Below, one piece after another: positions 1 to 9,157 of a stretch of 12,784 nucleotides of DNA. Position numbers and translations under genes: made by a program. The stretch's first letter is position 1. Each line of letters begins with the position of its first letter. Origin of the DNA: Archangiaceae bacterium (GTDB taxonomy: Bacteria > Myxococcota > Myxococcia > Myxococcales > Myxococcaceae); NCBI GenBank assembly GCA_043750125.1, contig JAYVCD010000186.1, positions 1 through 12,784 of the forward strand. Direction: 5' to 3'. The notes beneath the pieces were generated by a model. The model worked only from the letters and a program-made list of their open reading frames with translations, searched no databases and was not told the DNA's origin.

Positions 1-1
1 G

Positions 2-418
2 AGCGCGCTGGGGGCCAACGAGGCCTTCGTCGGTTTCTTCGGTTGGAACACCGCCTGGTCGGTCAATCTGGGCGGGAACGTTTCCTTTCAGGCGACCGAC
101 GAGCTGTCGTTCATCGTCGGCTACACCTACACCCGATCGTGGAAGTACTACGGCGAGGCGATTCGCCCGGACGAGACGCTTCCCAAGAACGCGACCTACG
201 GGTCGGGCCAGTCTGAGTACACCTCGACGGTGGTCGCGGTGAACTACCAGCTCAACGATCACTACGGAATCAGCCTCTCGGCTTCCAACGCTCTGCAGGC
301 CCCAAGGTCCCCGGGCGCCGGTGGCGCGGTCGGTCACTTCCGCTTCCCGTTCTTCGCGACCGACAACGCCGCGGAAAATACGACCAGCATCAACTTCACC
401 CTTTCTGCGGCCTACTGA
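2..418 (+). CDS. C-terminal part (5'-truncated by the window) of a probable outer-membrane beta-barrel protein
   Basis: The frame of ORF 230..418 is open back to position 2: SALGANEAFVGFFGWNTAWSVNLGGNVSFQATDELSFIVGYTYTRSW...STVVAVNYQLNDHYGISLSASN...FRFPFF...TSINFTLSAAY*. It shows alternating hydrophobic strands joined by short turns (SFQATDELSFIVGY, NYQLNDHYGISL). The last strand is amphipathic and ends in an aromatic Tyr, like a BAM beta-signal. Confidence 0.75.
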   Translation, partial: SALGANEAFVGFFGWNTAWSVNLGGNVSFQATDELSFIVGYTYTRSWKYYGEAIRPDETLPKNATYGSGQSEYTSTVVAVNYQLNDHYGISLSASNALQAPRSPGAGGAVGHFRFPFFATDNAAENTTSINFTLSAAY

Positions 419-437
419 AATGAAGAACACCAATACC

Positions 438-441
438 GGAG
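438..441 (+). promoter_or_regulatory. Shine-Dalgarno (GGAG) for the ATG at 447
   Basis: ccGGAGcccacATG, 5 nt spacing. This start gives a normal-length lipoprotein signal peptide. Confidence 0.6.
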
Positions 442-446
442 CCCAC

Positions 447-3400
447 ATGACTCAGACGTCCATCCGATGGCGTGCTTTGGCGGCAGCTGCCGCGACGCTC
501 CTTGCAGCGGCGTGCACCCAGAGCAATGGGGACATCAACCGGGTCCAGCCCAACGTCGCCAAGAAGGCGGACCTGCTGGACGGGGTGTGGTTCTTCCGCA
601 ACACGGTGACCTGGACTCCGGCTACCACCGGCTTCACCTACCCCGGTCAGACCGGCAACATCGAAAAGCTGGTCTTTGAAATCCAGGAAAAGAACCTGGT
701 CGGCTATCGCGCCTACCCGTACATCCTCGGGGCCGAGATCGATGTCGAAAAGACCTCGAAGGTCAGCGGCACCACCACCCGGTACTGCGACAAAGACGGG
801 AAGTGCACCGGCGGCAACCCGTACTACGGCGCGCCGATCGTCGCCTTCCCGATCGAAAGCCACTTCGACATCAAGCGCAACTACAACGTCTCGACCGGCG
901 AGCAGGGCAACGTGATCGCCGAGAACGCCAGCGACCGTCCCTGGAATCAGCGCGAGTACCTGCGCATCGACTGGTCGGCCAACCTGCTCAACGTCAACTC
1001 GGGCCTCAACTGGAACTCGATTCAAAATCCGTCGGGCGGCTCGGGCTCGGGCACCTGGATTCAGCCCAACGAGAAGGGCGAAGACCCCACCGACTGGCCC
1101 AGCCGCGAGTACGACGCGGCCGGGAAGCTCATCTACATGGACTACACCGGCCGCTACATGGCCAACCCGGACCTGTATTACTTCCGGGACTACGGCTACT
1201 ACCCGACCTGCTTCTTGCGCGGCGGCGAGCAGAACGACTGCAGCTCGAGCGAAATCCGAATGCGGATCTCGATGTCGAAAGTCGACCCGAACCACAGCCG
1301 CGATTACGAGCCGCTGCAGTACGGCAACGACCTGATGAGCAAGTTCGGGTACGCCCGCACCGAGCGCCTCAACTACGACCGCAAGTTCGGGTTCAACAAC
1401 TCGGCGGTCATTCGCCTCGCGAACCGCCACCGCAACTGGAAGCACTCGTTCGTGCCCAACGCGGACGGGAGCATCGACGAGAAGTCGGTTGCGATTCCGC
1501 TGGCCAACCGCGAGCTGCGGCCGATTCTCTATTACTTCACCCGCGCCGACTTGATGGGCGGTGAGCAGAACTACAACGAGTACATGGTTCCCGCTCGCCG
1601 CCTCGAGAAGGGCTGGGACAAGGCGTTTCGTCGCGCGGCCGCTGCAGCGCAAGGCAAGCAGGTCGACCTCAACGACGCGTCGGCGCAGGCGATGTACATC
1701 TGCGACAACCCGGTGAAGGTCGAAGGGGCCTGCGGCAAAGTGGGCTTCTCACCCAAGTTTGGCGACCTTCGCTACAGCTTCATGAACACCGTCGCCGAGC
1801 CGGTCGCCAACGGCCTGCTGGGCTACGGCCCGTCGTCGGCAGACCCTGAGACCGGAGAAATCATCTCGGGCAACGCGAACACGTACCTCTGGGGCATCGA
1901 CCTCTACGGCCGCCAGGTCCTCGACACCATCGACCTGCTGCTCGGCGAAACGTCGGTCAACAAATACATCAGTGGCGGGACCTTGAAGGAATACATCAAG
2001 AACAACCCTTCCTACTCGCTGGTCAGCGTCGCCAAGAATGGTCAGAGCCTTCAGGCTGAGCTCCAGGGCGTCCCGACCCGCACCGAGGAAAGCCGCGGTG
2101 CCTTCGAGCGTCCGACCGACCGCACCGTCTCGCTGCTCGAGACCCTGGCGGCCACCGGCGGGGTGCCCCGTTACAGCCAGGACTCGGCCCGCGTCGCCGC
2201 AGACGTGCTCGCCCAGAACCCGACCCTCGAGGCCGCAATCCTCGACAACCCGGACCTCGGCGACGACGTGGTTCACCTGCTGCCCGCCGAGCTTCAGGGC
2301 CGCGCGCTCACCGACAAGGACTTTCGCCGCAAGGCCTCGCGCAGCGTCCTCACCAACATCAAGGACAGCCAAGACTACCGTCAAAAGCGCATCGACTGGG
2401 CTTCGCGCAACAACGTCTACCTCGCCGAGTTCAACGACCGCACCATCATGGCGCTGGCGAACCGCGAGTCGGCCACCCGCACTGCCCGTATTGCCGAGCT
2501 GACCAACGCCGCCCACGTCAAGTGCGTCGACGCCGCTTCCTGCACCGCGGCGGAAGCCAAGCTCATCGCCAACGACGAAATCTCGAGCCGCATTCGCCAG
2601 TCGACCTGGCAGGCGACCAGCGAGCACGAAATCGGTCACACCTTCGGCCTGCGCCACAACTTTCAGGGCAGCTTCGATGCGATCAACTACCAGGACACCT
2701 ACTGGGAAATGCGCAAAGAGAGCCTGACAATCGCGCAGACCACCGCCGGTGTCGTCGAGCAGAAGGTTCCCCGGACCCCGGCGGACTTGAAGGCCACGTC
2801 GGACGGCACCATCGGCCAGCGCCTCGGAGGGATGTACGACCACGAGTACAGCTCGATCATGGACTACTCGGGAAAGATCAACGGCGACTGGAGCGGCGTC
2901 GGCAAGTACGACGAAGCGGCGATTCTGTTCGCCTACTCGGGCGACACCGCCCCGGGCTACGTCGAAGTGTTCGACGGCGCTCGCCGCGAGAAGCGGACCT
3001 TTGCAGGCTCGGACGGTGCCCAGGTGACGGTCACCGGCGCTGGCCTCGATCTGCCGATGGTCAACGCCCAGCACAAGAGCCCGGCGGTTCCCAACTACAC
3101 CGAGCGCTACCACTACACGATGGCTCCGCTGCACTTCGGAGACGGCGCCCAGGGCGCGAAGTTGACCGATGTCATCAACGACGGAATCGCGAAGTTCCAG
3201 AAGCGTTCGATTCGCAAGTACAGCGAAGTGAAGGCTGCCAATGACGAGTTGGCGGCGAAGCTCGAGGCGAACCCCGAGATGATCAAGGACCCGGACCTCT
3301 ACGCCGCGGCGATTGGCCCGAACCCGATTCTCGAGGTGCCGTACATGTTCTGTTCCGACGATCACGTCGGTGGCGTCCTGTCGTGCAACCGCTTCGATCG

Positions 3401-4850
3401 CGGGCCCGACTACTACGAGATGGCCCGCAAGGAACTCGAGGACAACTACAACTATTACTTCTCGAGCCACTTCAAGCGTGACCGCTTCAACTTCGGTCCC
3501 GGCGCCGCGCTCTACGGCACCGAGGGCGCCTTCCTCAACGTCGCCGACATCTACAAGAAGTGGGTGTTCGAGTTCTTCAAGAAGTCAGGCCAGCCGGGCC
3601 AGGAAGTCCGCAGCAGCTACCCGATCGACGCGACGATGCAGGACTTCTGGACGATGGCGGTGCTCGACGGCATCAACCAGCACCTCAACGTGATGGCGGT
3701 GCCGCCGACCGGAATGTTCATGTACCGCAACCGCCCCCAGGGCGCGCAATGGGACATCGCCAGCGAAGGCGATGACTACGACGCGCTCAACCCGAACGGT
3801 CGAAAGAAGATTCAGGACTACTACCGCAGCACCCGGGTCCGTTACCCCGCCTCGGGCTTTGCCGATCTGCCCCGAGGGCTCGGCCGCCGGATGTACAGCC
3901 GCTACGACTTCAAGAGCGGCTTTGGCTTCTTCAACCGAATGGAGGAAGCCGGTCACTACAACGACCAGATTGGCGCGATGATCGCCGCGGTTCTTCCCGA
4001 TGCGACGTTCCTGGGTGCTGACGAATCGGCCGACTTCCGCCGCTACAACATTCCCTACTACCTGGTCTTCAAGAAGGAGCTTACCGACACGTTCAGCGCG
4101 CTCTGGAGCAACAACGAAGAACTGGTTCGCCCGATCATGTACTTGAAGAAGAACGACCTCGGCAAAGTGCGCCAGGATCCGAACCCTGACGGCCAGTGCA
4201 ACTCGGGTTGCACCATCGCCGAGCAGGACAACAAGTGCGTGTGCGCGGGCCTGGAATGGAAGCGCTTCGTCAACGGAGCCGATCTGATCAGCGGCTTCAA
4301 CTACCCGCGCGAGACCGGGAAGGTCTGCGCTGCCGGCCAGACGGTGAACTGCCTGACTGCCGACCAGCTGCCCGCGCAGGCGAACATTCAGCTCACCTGG
4401 ACCAGCCGCATCTATTCGCTCTGGCTGGGCGAGGCGCTCTTCAAGGTCAACTACGACCTCGACTACGCCAAGGCCAACCAGGTCTTCAAGCTGGGCGGCG
4501 GTGAGCAGCAGACGGTCGCCGCCGGCTTCCACGCGGTCGAAGTGCAGGACATCACCACCGGCGCCCGCTATTCGGCGCTCGAGAAAAATGGTGCGCTGGC
4601 CAACTCGACTCCTGCGATTCGGGTGATCGGAATCGCCAAAGAGCAGCTGCTGATGGTGCAGGACCCGACCCGCTGCCCGCTGCCCCCCTACCTGGACTAC
4701 TTAGGCTACGCCTGCATGGGCGCCGACGAAGCCAACAACCCGGCACTCGTCTCCGAGCGCCGCCTGTACTGGATTGATATTTTCCGCAGCTCGCTTCGTG
4801 ACCTCGACCTGATGCGCGGCATGTACCAGTCGTTCGGGAAGGCGTTCTAA
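447..4850 (+). CDS. Giant lipoprotein zinc-dependent metalloprotease (metzincin, EcxA/DUF4953-like catalytic region), paralog 1, ~1467 aa
   Basis: Signal peptide MTQTSIRWRALAAAAATLLAAAC ends in a lipobox-like Cys23, with no Asp at +2. HEIGHTFGLRH is at 2625-2657 and the Met-turn SSIMDY at 2850-2867, followed by GKYDEAAILFAY. The sequence is colinear with the next gene. An alternative in-frame ATG is at 420. The ORF-track start at 321 overlaps the upstream gene and is unlikely. Confidence 0.88.
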   Translation: MTQTSIRWRALAAAAATLLAAACTQSNGDINRVQPNVAKKADLLDGVWFFRNTVTWTPATTGFTYPGQTGNIEKLVFEIQEKNLVGYRAYPYILGAEIDVEKTSKVSGTTTRYCDKDGKCTGGNPYYGAPIVAFPIESHFDIKRNYNVSTGEQGNVIAENASDRPWNQREYLRIDWSANLLNVNSGLNWNSIQNPSGGSGSGTWIQPNEKGEDPTDWPSREYDAAGKLIYMDYTGRYMANPDLYYFRDYGYYPTCFLRGGEQNDCSSSEIRMRISMSKVDPNHSRDYEPLQYGNDLMSKFGYARTERLNYDRKFGFNNSAVIRLANRHRNWKHSFVPNADGSIDEKSVAIPLANRELRPILYYFTRADLMGGEQNYNEYMVPARRLEKGWDKAFRRAAAAAQGKQVDLNDASAQAMYICDNPVKVEGACGKVGFSPKFGDLRYSFMNTVAEPVANGLLGYGPSSADPETGEIISGNANTYLWGIDLYGRQVLDTIDLLLGETSVNKYISGGTLKEYIKNNPSYSLVSVAKNGQSLQAELQGVPTRTEESRGAFERPTDRTVSLLETLAATGGVPRYSQDSARVAADVLAQNPTLEAAILDNPDLGDDVVHLLPAELQGRALTDKDFRRKASRSVLTNIKDSQDYRQKRIDWASRNNVYLAEFNDRTIMALANRESATRTARIAELTNAAHVKCVDAASCTAAEAKLIANDEISSRIRQSTWQATSEHEIGHTFGLRHNFQGSFDAINYQDTYWEMRKESLTIAQTTAGVVEQKVPRTPADLKATSDGTIGQRLGGMYDHEYSSIMDYSGKINGDWSGVGKYDEAAILFAYSGDTAPGYVEVFDGARREKRTFAGSDGAQVTVTGAGLDLPMVNAQHKSPAVPNYTERYHYTMAPLHFGDGAQGAKLTDVINDGIAKFQKRSIRKYSEVKAANDELAAKLEANPEMIKDPDLYAAAIGPNPILEVPYMFCSDDHVGGVLSCNRFDRGPDYYEMARKELEDNYNYYFSSHFKRDRFNFGPGAALYGTEGAFLNVADIYKKWVFEFFKKSGQPGQEVRSSYPIDATMQDFWTMAVLDGINQHLNVMAVPPTGMFMYRNRPQGAQWDIASEGDDYDALNPNGRKKIQDYYRSTRVRYPASGFADLPRGLGRRMYSRYDFKSGFGFFNRMEEAGHYNDQIGAMIAAVLPDATFLGADESADFRRYNIPYYLVFKKELTDTFSALWSNNEELVRPIMYLKKNDLGKVRQDPNPDGQCNSGCTIAEQDNKCVCAGLEWKRFVNGADLISGFNYPRETGKVCAAGQTVNCLTADQLPAQANIQLTWTSRIYSLWLGEALFKVNYDLDYAKANQVFKLGGGEQQTVAAGFHAVEVQDITTGARYSALEKNGALANSTPAIRVIGIAKEQLLMVQDPTRCPLPPYLDYLGYACMGADEANNPALVSERRLYWIDIFRSSLRDLDLMRGMYQSFGKAF
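2899..2923 (+). repeat. 25-bp exact repeat shared by the two protease paralogs (second copy 7248-7272)
   Basis: tcggcaagtacgacgaagcggcgat occurs at 2899-2923 and 7248-7272 (GKYDEAA codons). tcgatcatggactac occurs at 2853-2867 and 7202-7216. Confidence 0.85.
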
Positions 4851-4885
4851 ACATGACCACCGCAAAGACTCTCGGAACCCATTCT

Positions 4886-7800
4886 ATGAAGACCTACTCT
4901 GCGTCGCTGTTGGTGGCCGTAGCGGTGGTGGTGTCGGGCTGCAGCACGCCCGAGCGCATCGACCGCACCTTGCCGAACTACTCCAAGAAGTCCGACCTGC
5001 TGAGCGGCAGTTGGTACATCAAGGAGTCGGTGGTTGATGTGCCCAAGACGTCGGGGGCGACGACCGTCGGGTACGGGGGGAACCTCGAGAAGATTCGTTG
5101 GGAAATCCACGAGGACCTGCTCGTCGGCTATCGGACCTACGAGTTCATTCCCGGCATCGACCCGAAGGTCGACCCGGAAAAATCGAAGATCGGCGCAGTG
5201 ATCACCAAAGATGGCCGCCCCTACAAAGGCGCCCCGGTCTTTGGCTACAAGATCCTCAGTCACTTCGACCGTCAGCGCGGCTACAACGCGGCGACCGGCG
5301 AGCTGAACAACGTCCTCGCCGAGGACTCGTTGGATCGCCCTTGGTACGAGCGCGAGTTCATGCGCATCGACTGGCGCAATAACCAGATCAACAACGTCAG
5401 CAACTGCACCAACGCCGAAGGGTACAGCGCGTCGTGTGTGAACGGCCCCGCGAAGTACTTCCGTTCGGTGACAGCCGAAGACCAGAACAAGCACGACAAC
5501 GCCTGGTTCGAGGTGCGCAACACGGCAGGCGAGCTGACCTACTTCGACTTCACCACCGAGGTGATCGCGGATCCTCCGACCGTCTACTACGAGGGCTACG
5601 GCAACGTTCCGGTCTGTGCCATCAACCCCACCACCACGATGGATTGCGAGAGCGCGCTGGTTCGGATTCGCACCTCGGTGAAGAAGGTCGATGAAGAGCG
5701 GGTTTCGCAGTACGAGCCGCTGGTCTACGGCGAAAAGTTGATGAAGAAGTTCGGGTTCTTCCGTCAGGAAATGCTCTCGTACAACAAGGGCTACCAGTTC
5801 ACCGAGTCCGGTCGCCTGCTGTACGCGATGCGACACAACATCTGGGACGGGAAGACCAAGGGCGACGACGGCAAGACAGTTCCGGTCACCAAGCGCGCGT
5901 TGCGCCCGATCGTCTACTTCATGACCGAAAACACCCCCGTTGATCTCTTCCCTGCCGCCAAGGGCCTCGAGTCCAGCTGGGATAACGCCTTTCGGCGCGC
6001 GGTCGCGGTGCCTCGAGGCATCGAAGCGAGCGCGGTTCCGCAGATGTTCTACGTCTGCCAGAGCCCGGTTCAGAAAGGAGCCCCCGAGGCCTGCGGAAAG
6101 GAAGGAACCTACGCACGCATCGGCGATATTCGGTTCAACCTGATTCCCTACGTCGAGCAGATCACCGGAGGCCTGTTGGGCCTCGGGCCGTCCTCGATGG
6201 ATCCCGAAACAGGCGAAGTGGTTCAGGCCGTTGCGAACGTCTATGGGCCGGGCATGGACACCTGGACGGGCGCCGCCACTCAGGTCATCGACGTGCTCAA
6301 CAAAGAGGTTTCACTGTCCGATGTGATCGTGGGCAAGGACATCAAGGATTACGTCTTCGACAACCTCAATGCGACCGACGCCCGCCGCCCCGCCAACGGG
6401 CCCTGGAATTCGACCCAGCCGCTGATCTCAGAATCGACCCGCCCGATGGGCAGCTTCTTCAGCCCCCAGGGTGAGTTCGCGACCAAGCTCGAGGTCTACC
6501 GTCGCCAAGGGCACCTGCCGCTGCGGATGCAGGACCGCAAGGCCGTCGTCGAGAAGTTGATCGAGAACAACCCCGCGCTCGAGAGCGAGCTCATCAATCT
6601 GCCTGAGGTTCGTTCGGCGGTGATGGCCAGCATTCCGAGCAAGGCCTTCCAGGCCAAGCTGGAAAGCGACGGCAGCTTCTACCGACATGTCGCGTTGCAG
6701 ATGATGCTCGGAACCGACCCCGTATCGATGGGGAAGAAAGCGCGTCTCAGCCGGCCCACGCCTGAAGTCGGTTGTGAGTACGGCCTCGAGTTCTTCGACG
6801 ACGACTACCTCGCCATCGCGAAGGCGAAGCTCAAGGTCTACAACGCGAAGCTCGCCCAGTACCAGGCAGCCGGTTTCGACACCTGCGCCGACAAGGCCAA
6901 GTGCACGCTCGCCGAAGCCAAGCCGTTGGCCAAACGCGAAGTGTGGAATGACCTTCGCCGCGACGCCTACCGTTCGATTTCTGAGCATGAAGTCGGTCAC
7001 ACCCTGGGCCTGATGCACAACTTCATCGCCTCGGCCGACGCTCTCAACTACAAAAATGGCTACTGGGAACAGCGGAAGGACACGATCGGCGTGATGGTCG
7101 GCGGCAAGCGCGTTCTGCCGATTACTCCCCAGAACCTTCTCGATGCCTCGAAGCCGAACCAGAAGCAGATCGACGATGGGATGTACGAGCTGACCTACTC
7201 GTCGATCATGGACTACGGCGCGCGAATGAACTCGAGCATCCGTGGCATCGGCAAGTACGACGAAGCGGCGATCCTCTTCGGCTACGCCGGCGGCTTCGAG
7301 CCCGGCTGGGTCGAAGTGTTCAACGATCTGCGCACCGACTACGACGTGACCAACTACGGCGTCGATACCGACAACATGGCGAAGAAGCTGCTCATTCGAG
7401 GCGCCCACGTGGAAATCCCGCTCGCGAACGTCGAGCACTACACGCCGGTGTCGAGCTTCATCACCGACCGCTTCCACTACACCTCGCTGCCCTTCATGTT
7501 CGCGGACAAGAAGACCTTCGAAGAGAAGGGGTTCGAGCCTGCGCTGGACCAGGGCTTGAAGCGAATGCAGAACCGCAGCTTTCGCAAGTGGAGCGAGATG
7601 GAGCCGATCTACGCCCGCATCGAGAAAGAGCTGAAGAACTTCAACCTTTCGGCGGGCGGTTTCATCGAGCCCGACTGGAACAAGGCGCGCGACGTGATCA
7701 AGGTCGCCGCTCGCAACATGCCGGTCGAAGTCCCCTACATGTTCTGCTCTGACTACGAAGTCGGCGCCAACGTGATGTGCAACCGCAACGATCAGGGGGC

Positions 7801-9136
7801 CGACATCTACGAGATGACCAGCAAGTGGGTCGAGCGCTTCGATACCTCTTACGCGTGGTCCAACTTCCGCCGCGATCGCTACAACTTCAGCGTCAACTCG
7901 GCGCTCGCCGGGAAGAACCGGTACATGTCGAACCTTCCCAACGTCTACCAGCAGTGGCTTTTCAACATTTTCTTCGCCCAGAGCGCCTACCAGCTCACCG
8001 CGGAGCAAATGGACGAGTTCTTTGGCGTCGGAGATCCGGTCTGGCAGAACTATTGGACGATGGCGGTCACCGACTCGACCAACCTGCTGCTGCGGCAATT
8101 GACCACTCCGTCAGCCGGCTACCACGGCAAGACGGCCGCCGGGAACTGGGTGTACATGAGCGCCAACAAGGCGAACAACGGCCGCTTATCGACCGGAGCC
8201 GAGACGGCCTTCATCACCAACGCGAAGACTCCAGGCGGGGGCGGCTACGTCGACGTGGCCTACGTGCCGCGCGGCGTCGGCCGAAGCATGTATTCGAACT
8301 ACGACACCTTCGGGTACGACGGCTTCACCCGCGTTACCGAAGTGGGTCACTTCTGGGACCAGCGGCTGGCACTCTCGGCGCTCACCAGCTCCGAGACCAA
8401 CTTCCTCGGCGTCGACCGTGGCTCAGACGCGCTGCGCTACTCGCTGCCGTACTACATCACCTTCAATCGCGAGCTCGGGCCGCTGTTCCGCGATGTGTGG
8501 GCTGAGAACAAGTCGGGCCTCAGCTCGTCGCTCGGGAAGCTCGCCGACGGCACCGCGGTGGTGATTCCGGCCGTTCTGCTTCGCGCCGACCGTTACATTC
8601 TCAACTTCAATTACCCGCCTCCGGCCCAGATTCCGGTCGACGGCTCGGGGAATGCGTTGGCGATGGAATCGGTCGAGTCGAGCCCGGCGTGGGGCACGCG
8701 TTTTTGGACCCAGGTCCTGGGAATGGCGTACTTCACCGACAACTCGAACCAGGAATTCGCAAGCTTCAACCAGGTCTACAAGCTGGGCTCGGGTGAGGCG
8801 CTGCAGCCGGCCGACAACTACACGGTGGTGAGCTTCCCTGACCCCACCAACGTGGGGGTCGCGACCGAGCTGGCCAAGCAGCTTCCGGATCTCGTCGGCG
8901 GGTACATCTACGCGGGCCTGAAGCAGACCACCGGGTCGATCTACGTGGGCACCCCCGCGGCGGTGATGATGATTGACCGCGCCAACCTGCAGTCGGCGAA
9001 GTACGTCAGCGCCAAGACCACCGGGACCCGGGTCGATGGGCTCACGGCAGCCGAGTGGGAAGGCAAGCTGCGTGAGACGGTGCGCAGCCTCGAAATCATG
9101 CGCGGGCTGTACGGCATCTTCGGCAGCACCCGCTAA
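4886..9136 (+). CDS. Giant lipoprotein zinc-dependent metalloprotease (metzincin), paralog 2, ~1416 aa
   Basis: MKTYSASLLVAVAVVVSGC has a canonical lipobox VSGC (Cys19) and +2 Ser. HEVGHTLGLMH is at 6986-7018 and SSIMDY at 7199-7216, followed by GKYDEAAILFGY. An alternative in-frame ATG at 4853 lies 2 nt after the paralog 1 stop, so the start is uncertain. Confidence 0.88.
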   Translation: MKTYSASLLVAVAVVVSGCSTPERIDRTLPNYSKKSDLLSGSWYIKESVVDVPKTSGATTVGYGGNLEKIRWEIHEDLLVGYRTYEFIPGIDPKVDPEKSKIGAVITKDGRPYKGAPVFGYKILSHFDRQRGYNAATGELNNVLAEDSLDRPWYEREFMRIDWRNNQINNVSNCTNAEGYSASCVNGPAKYFRSVTAEDQNKHDNAWFEVRNTAGELTYFDFTTEVIADPPTVYYEGYGNVPVCAINPTTTMDCESALVRIRTSVKKVDEERVSQYEPLVYGEKLMKKFGFFRQEMLSYNKGYQFTESGRLLYAMRHNIWDGKTKGDDGKTVPVTKRALRPIVYFMTENTPVDLFPAAKGLESSWDNAFRRAVAVPRGIEASAVPQMFYVCQSPVQKGAPEACGKEGTYARIGDIRFNLIPYVEQITGGLLGLGPSSMDPETGEVVQAVANVYGPGMDTWTGAATQVIDVLNKEVSLSDVIVGKDIKDYVFDNLNATDARRPANGPWNSTQPLISESTRPMGSFFSPQGEFATKLEVYRRQGHLPLRMQDRKAVVEKLIENNPALESELINLPEVRSAVMASIPSKAFQAKLESDGSFYRHVALQMMLGTDPVSMGKKARLSRPTPEVGCEYGLEFFDDDYLAIAKAKLKVYNAKLAQYQAAGFDTCADKAKCTLAEAKPLAKREVWNDLRRDAYRSISEHEVGHTLGLMHNFIASADALNYKNGYWEQRKDTIGVMVGGKRVLPITPQNLLDASKPNQKQIDDGMYELTYSSIMDYGARMNSSIRGIGKYDEAAILFGYAGGFEPGWVEVFNDLRTDYDVTNYGVDTDNMAKKLLIRGAHVEIPLANVEHYTPVSSFITDRFHYTSLPFMFADKKTFEEKGFEPALDQGLKRMQNRSFRKWSEMEPIYARIEKELKNFNLSAGGFIEPDWNKARDVIKVAARNMPVEVPYMFCSDYEVGANVMCNRNDQGADIYEMTSKWVERFDTSYAWSNFRRDRYNFSVNSALAGKNRYMSNLPNVYQQWLFNIFFAQSAYQLTAEQMDEFFGVGDPVWQNYWTMAVTDSTNLLLRQLTTPSAGYHGKTAAGNWVYMSANKANNGRLSTGAETAFITNAKTPGGGGYVDVAYVPRGVGRSMYSNYDTFGYDGFTRVTEVGHFWDQRLALSALTSSETNFLGVDRGSDALRYSLPYYITFNRELGPLFRDVWAENKSGLSSSLGKLADGTAVVIPAVLLRADRYILNFNYPPPAQIPVDGSGNALAMESVESSPAWGTRFWTQVLGMAYFTDNSNQEFASFNQVYKLGSGEALQPADNYTVVSFPDPTNVGVATELAKQLPDLVGGYIYAGLKQTTGSIYVGTPAAVMMIDRANLQSAKYVSAKTTGTRVDGLTAAEWEGKLRETVRSLEIMRGLYGIFGSTR

Positions 9137-9157
9137 CGAAGGGGCACCCCTCGATTT

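Noticed and set aside
321-446. ORF-track N-terminal extension of paralog 1
   Set aside because: It overlaps the upstream barrel gene and would bury the lipoprotein signal peptide. ATG 447 has a GGAG RBS.
8336-8362. TEVGHFWDQ (and EEAGHYNDQ at 3942-3968) as a second zinc-protease site
   Set aside because: It lacks the first His of HExxH and the third His. It is conserved between the paralogs but cannot be supported as a catalytic site.
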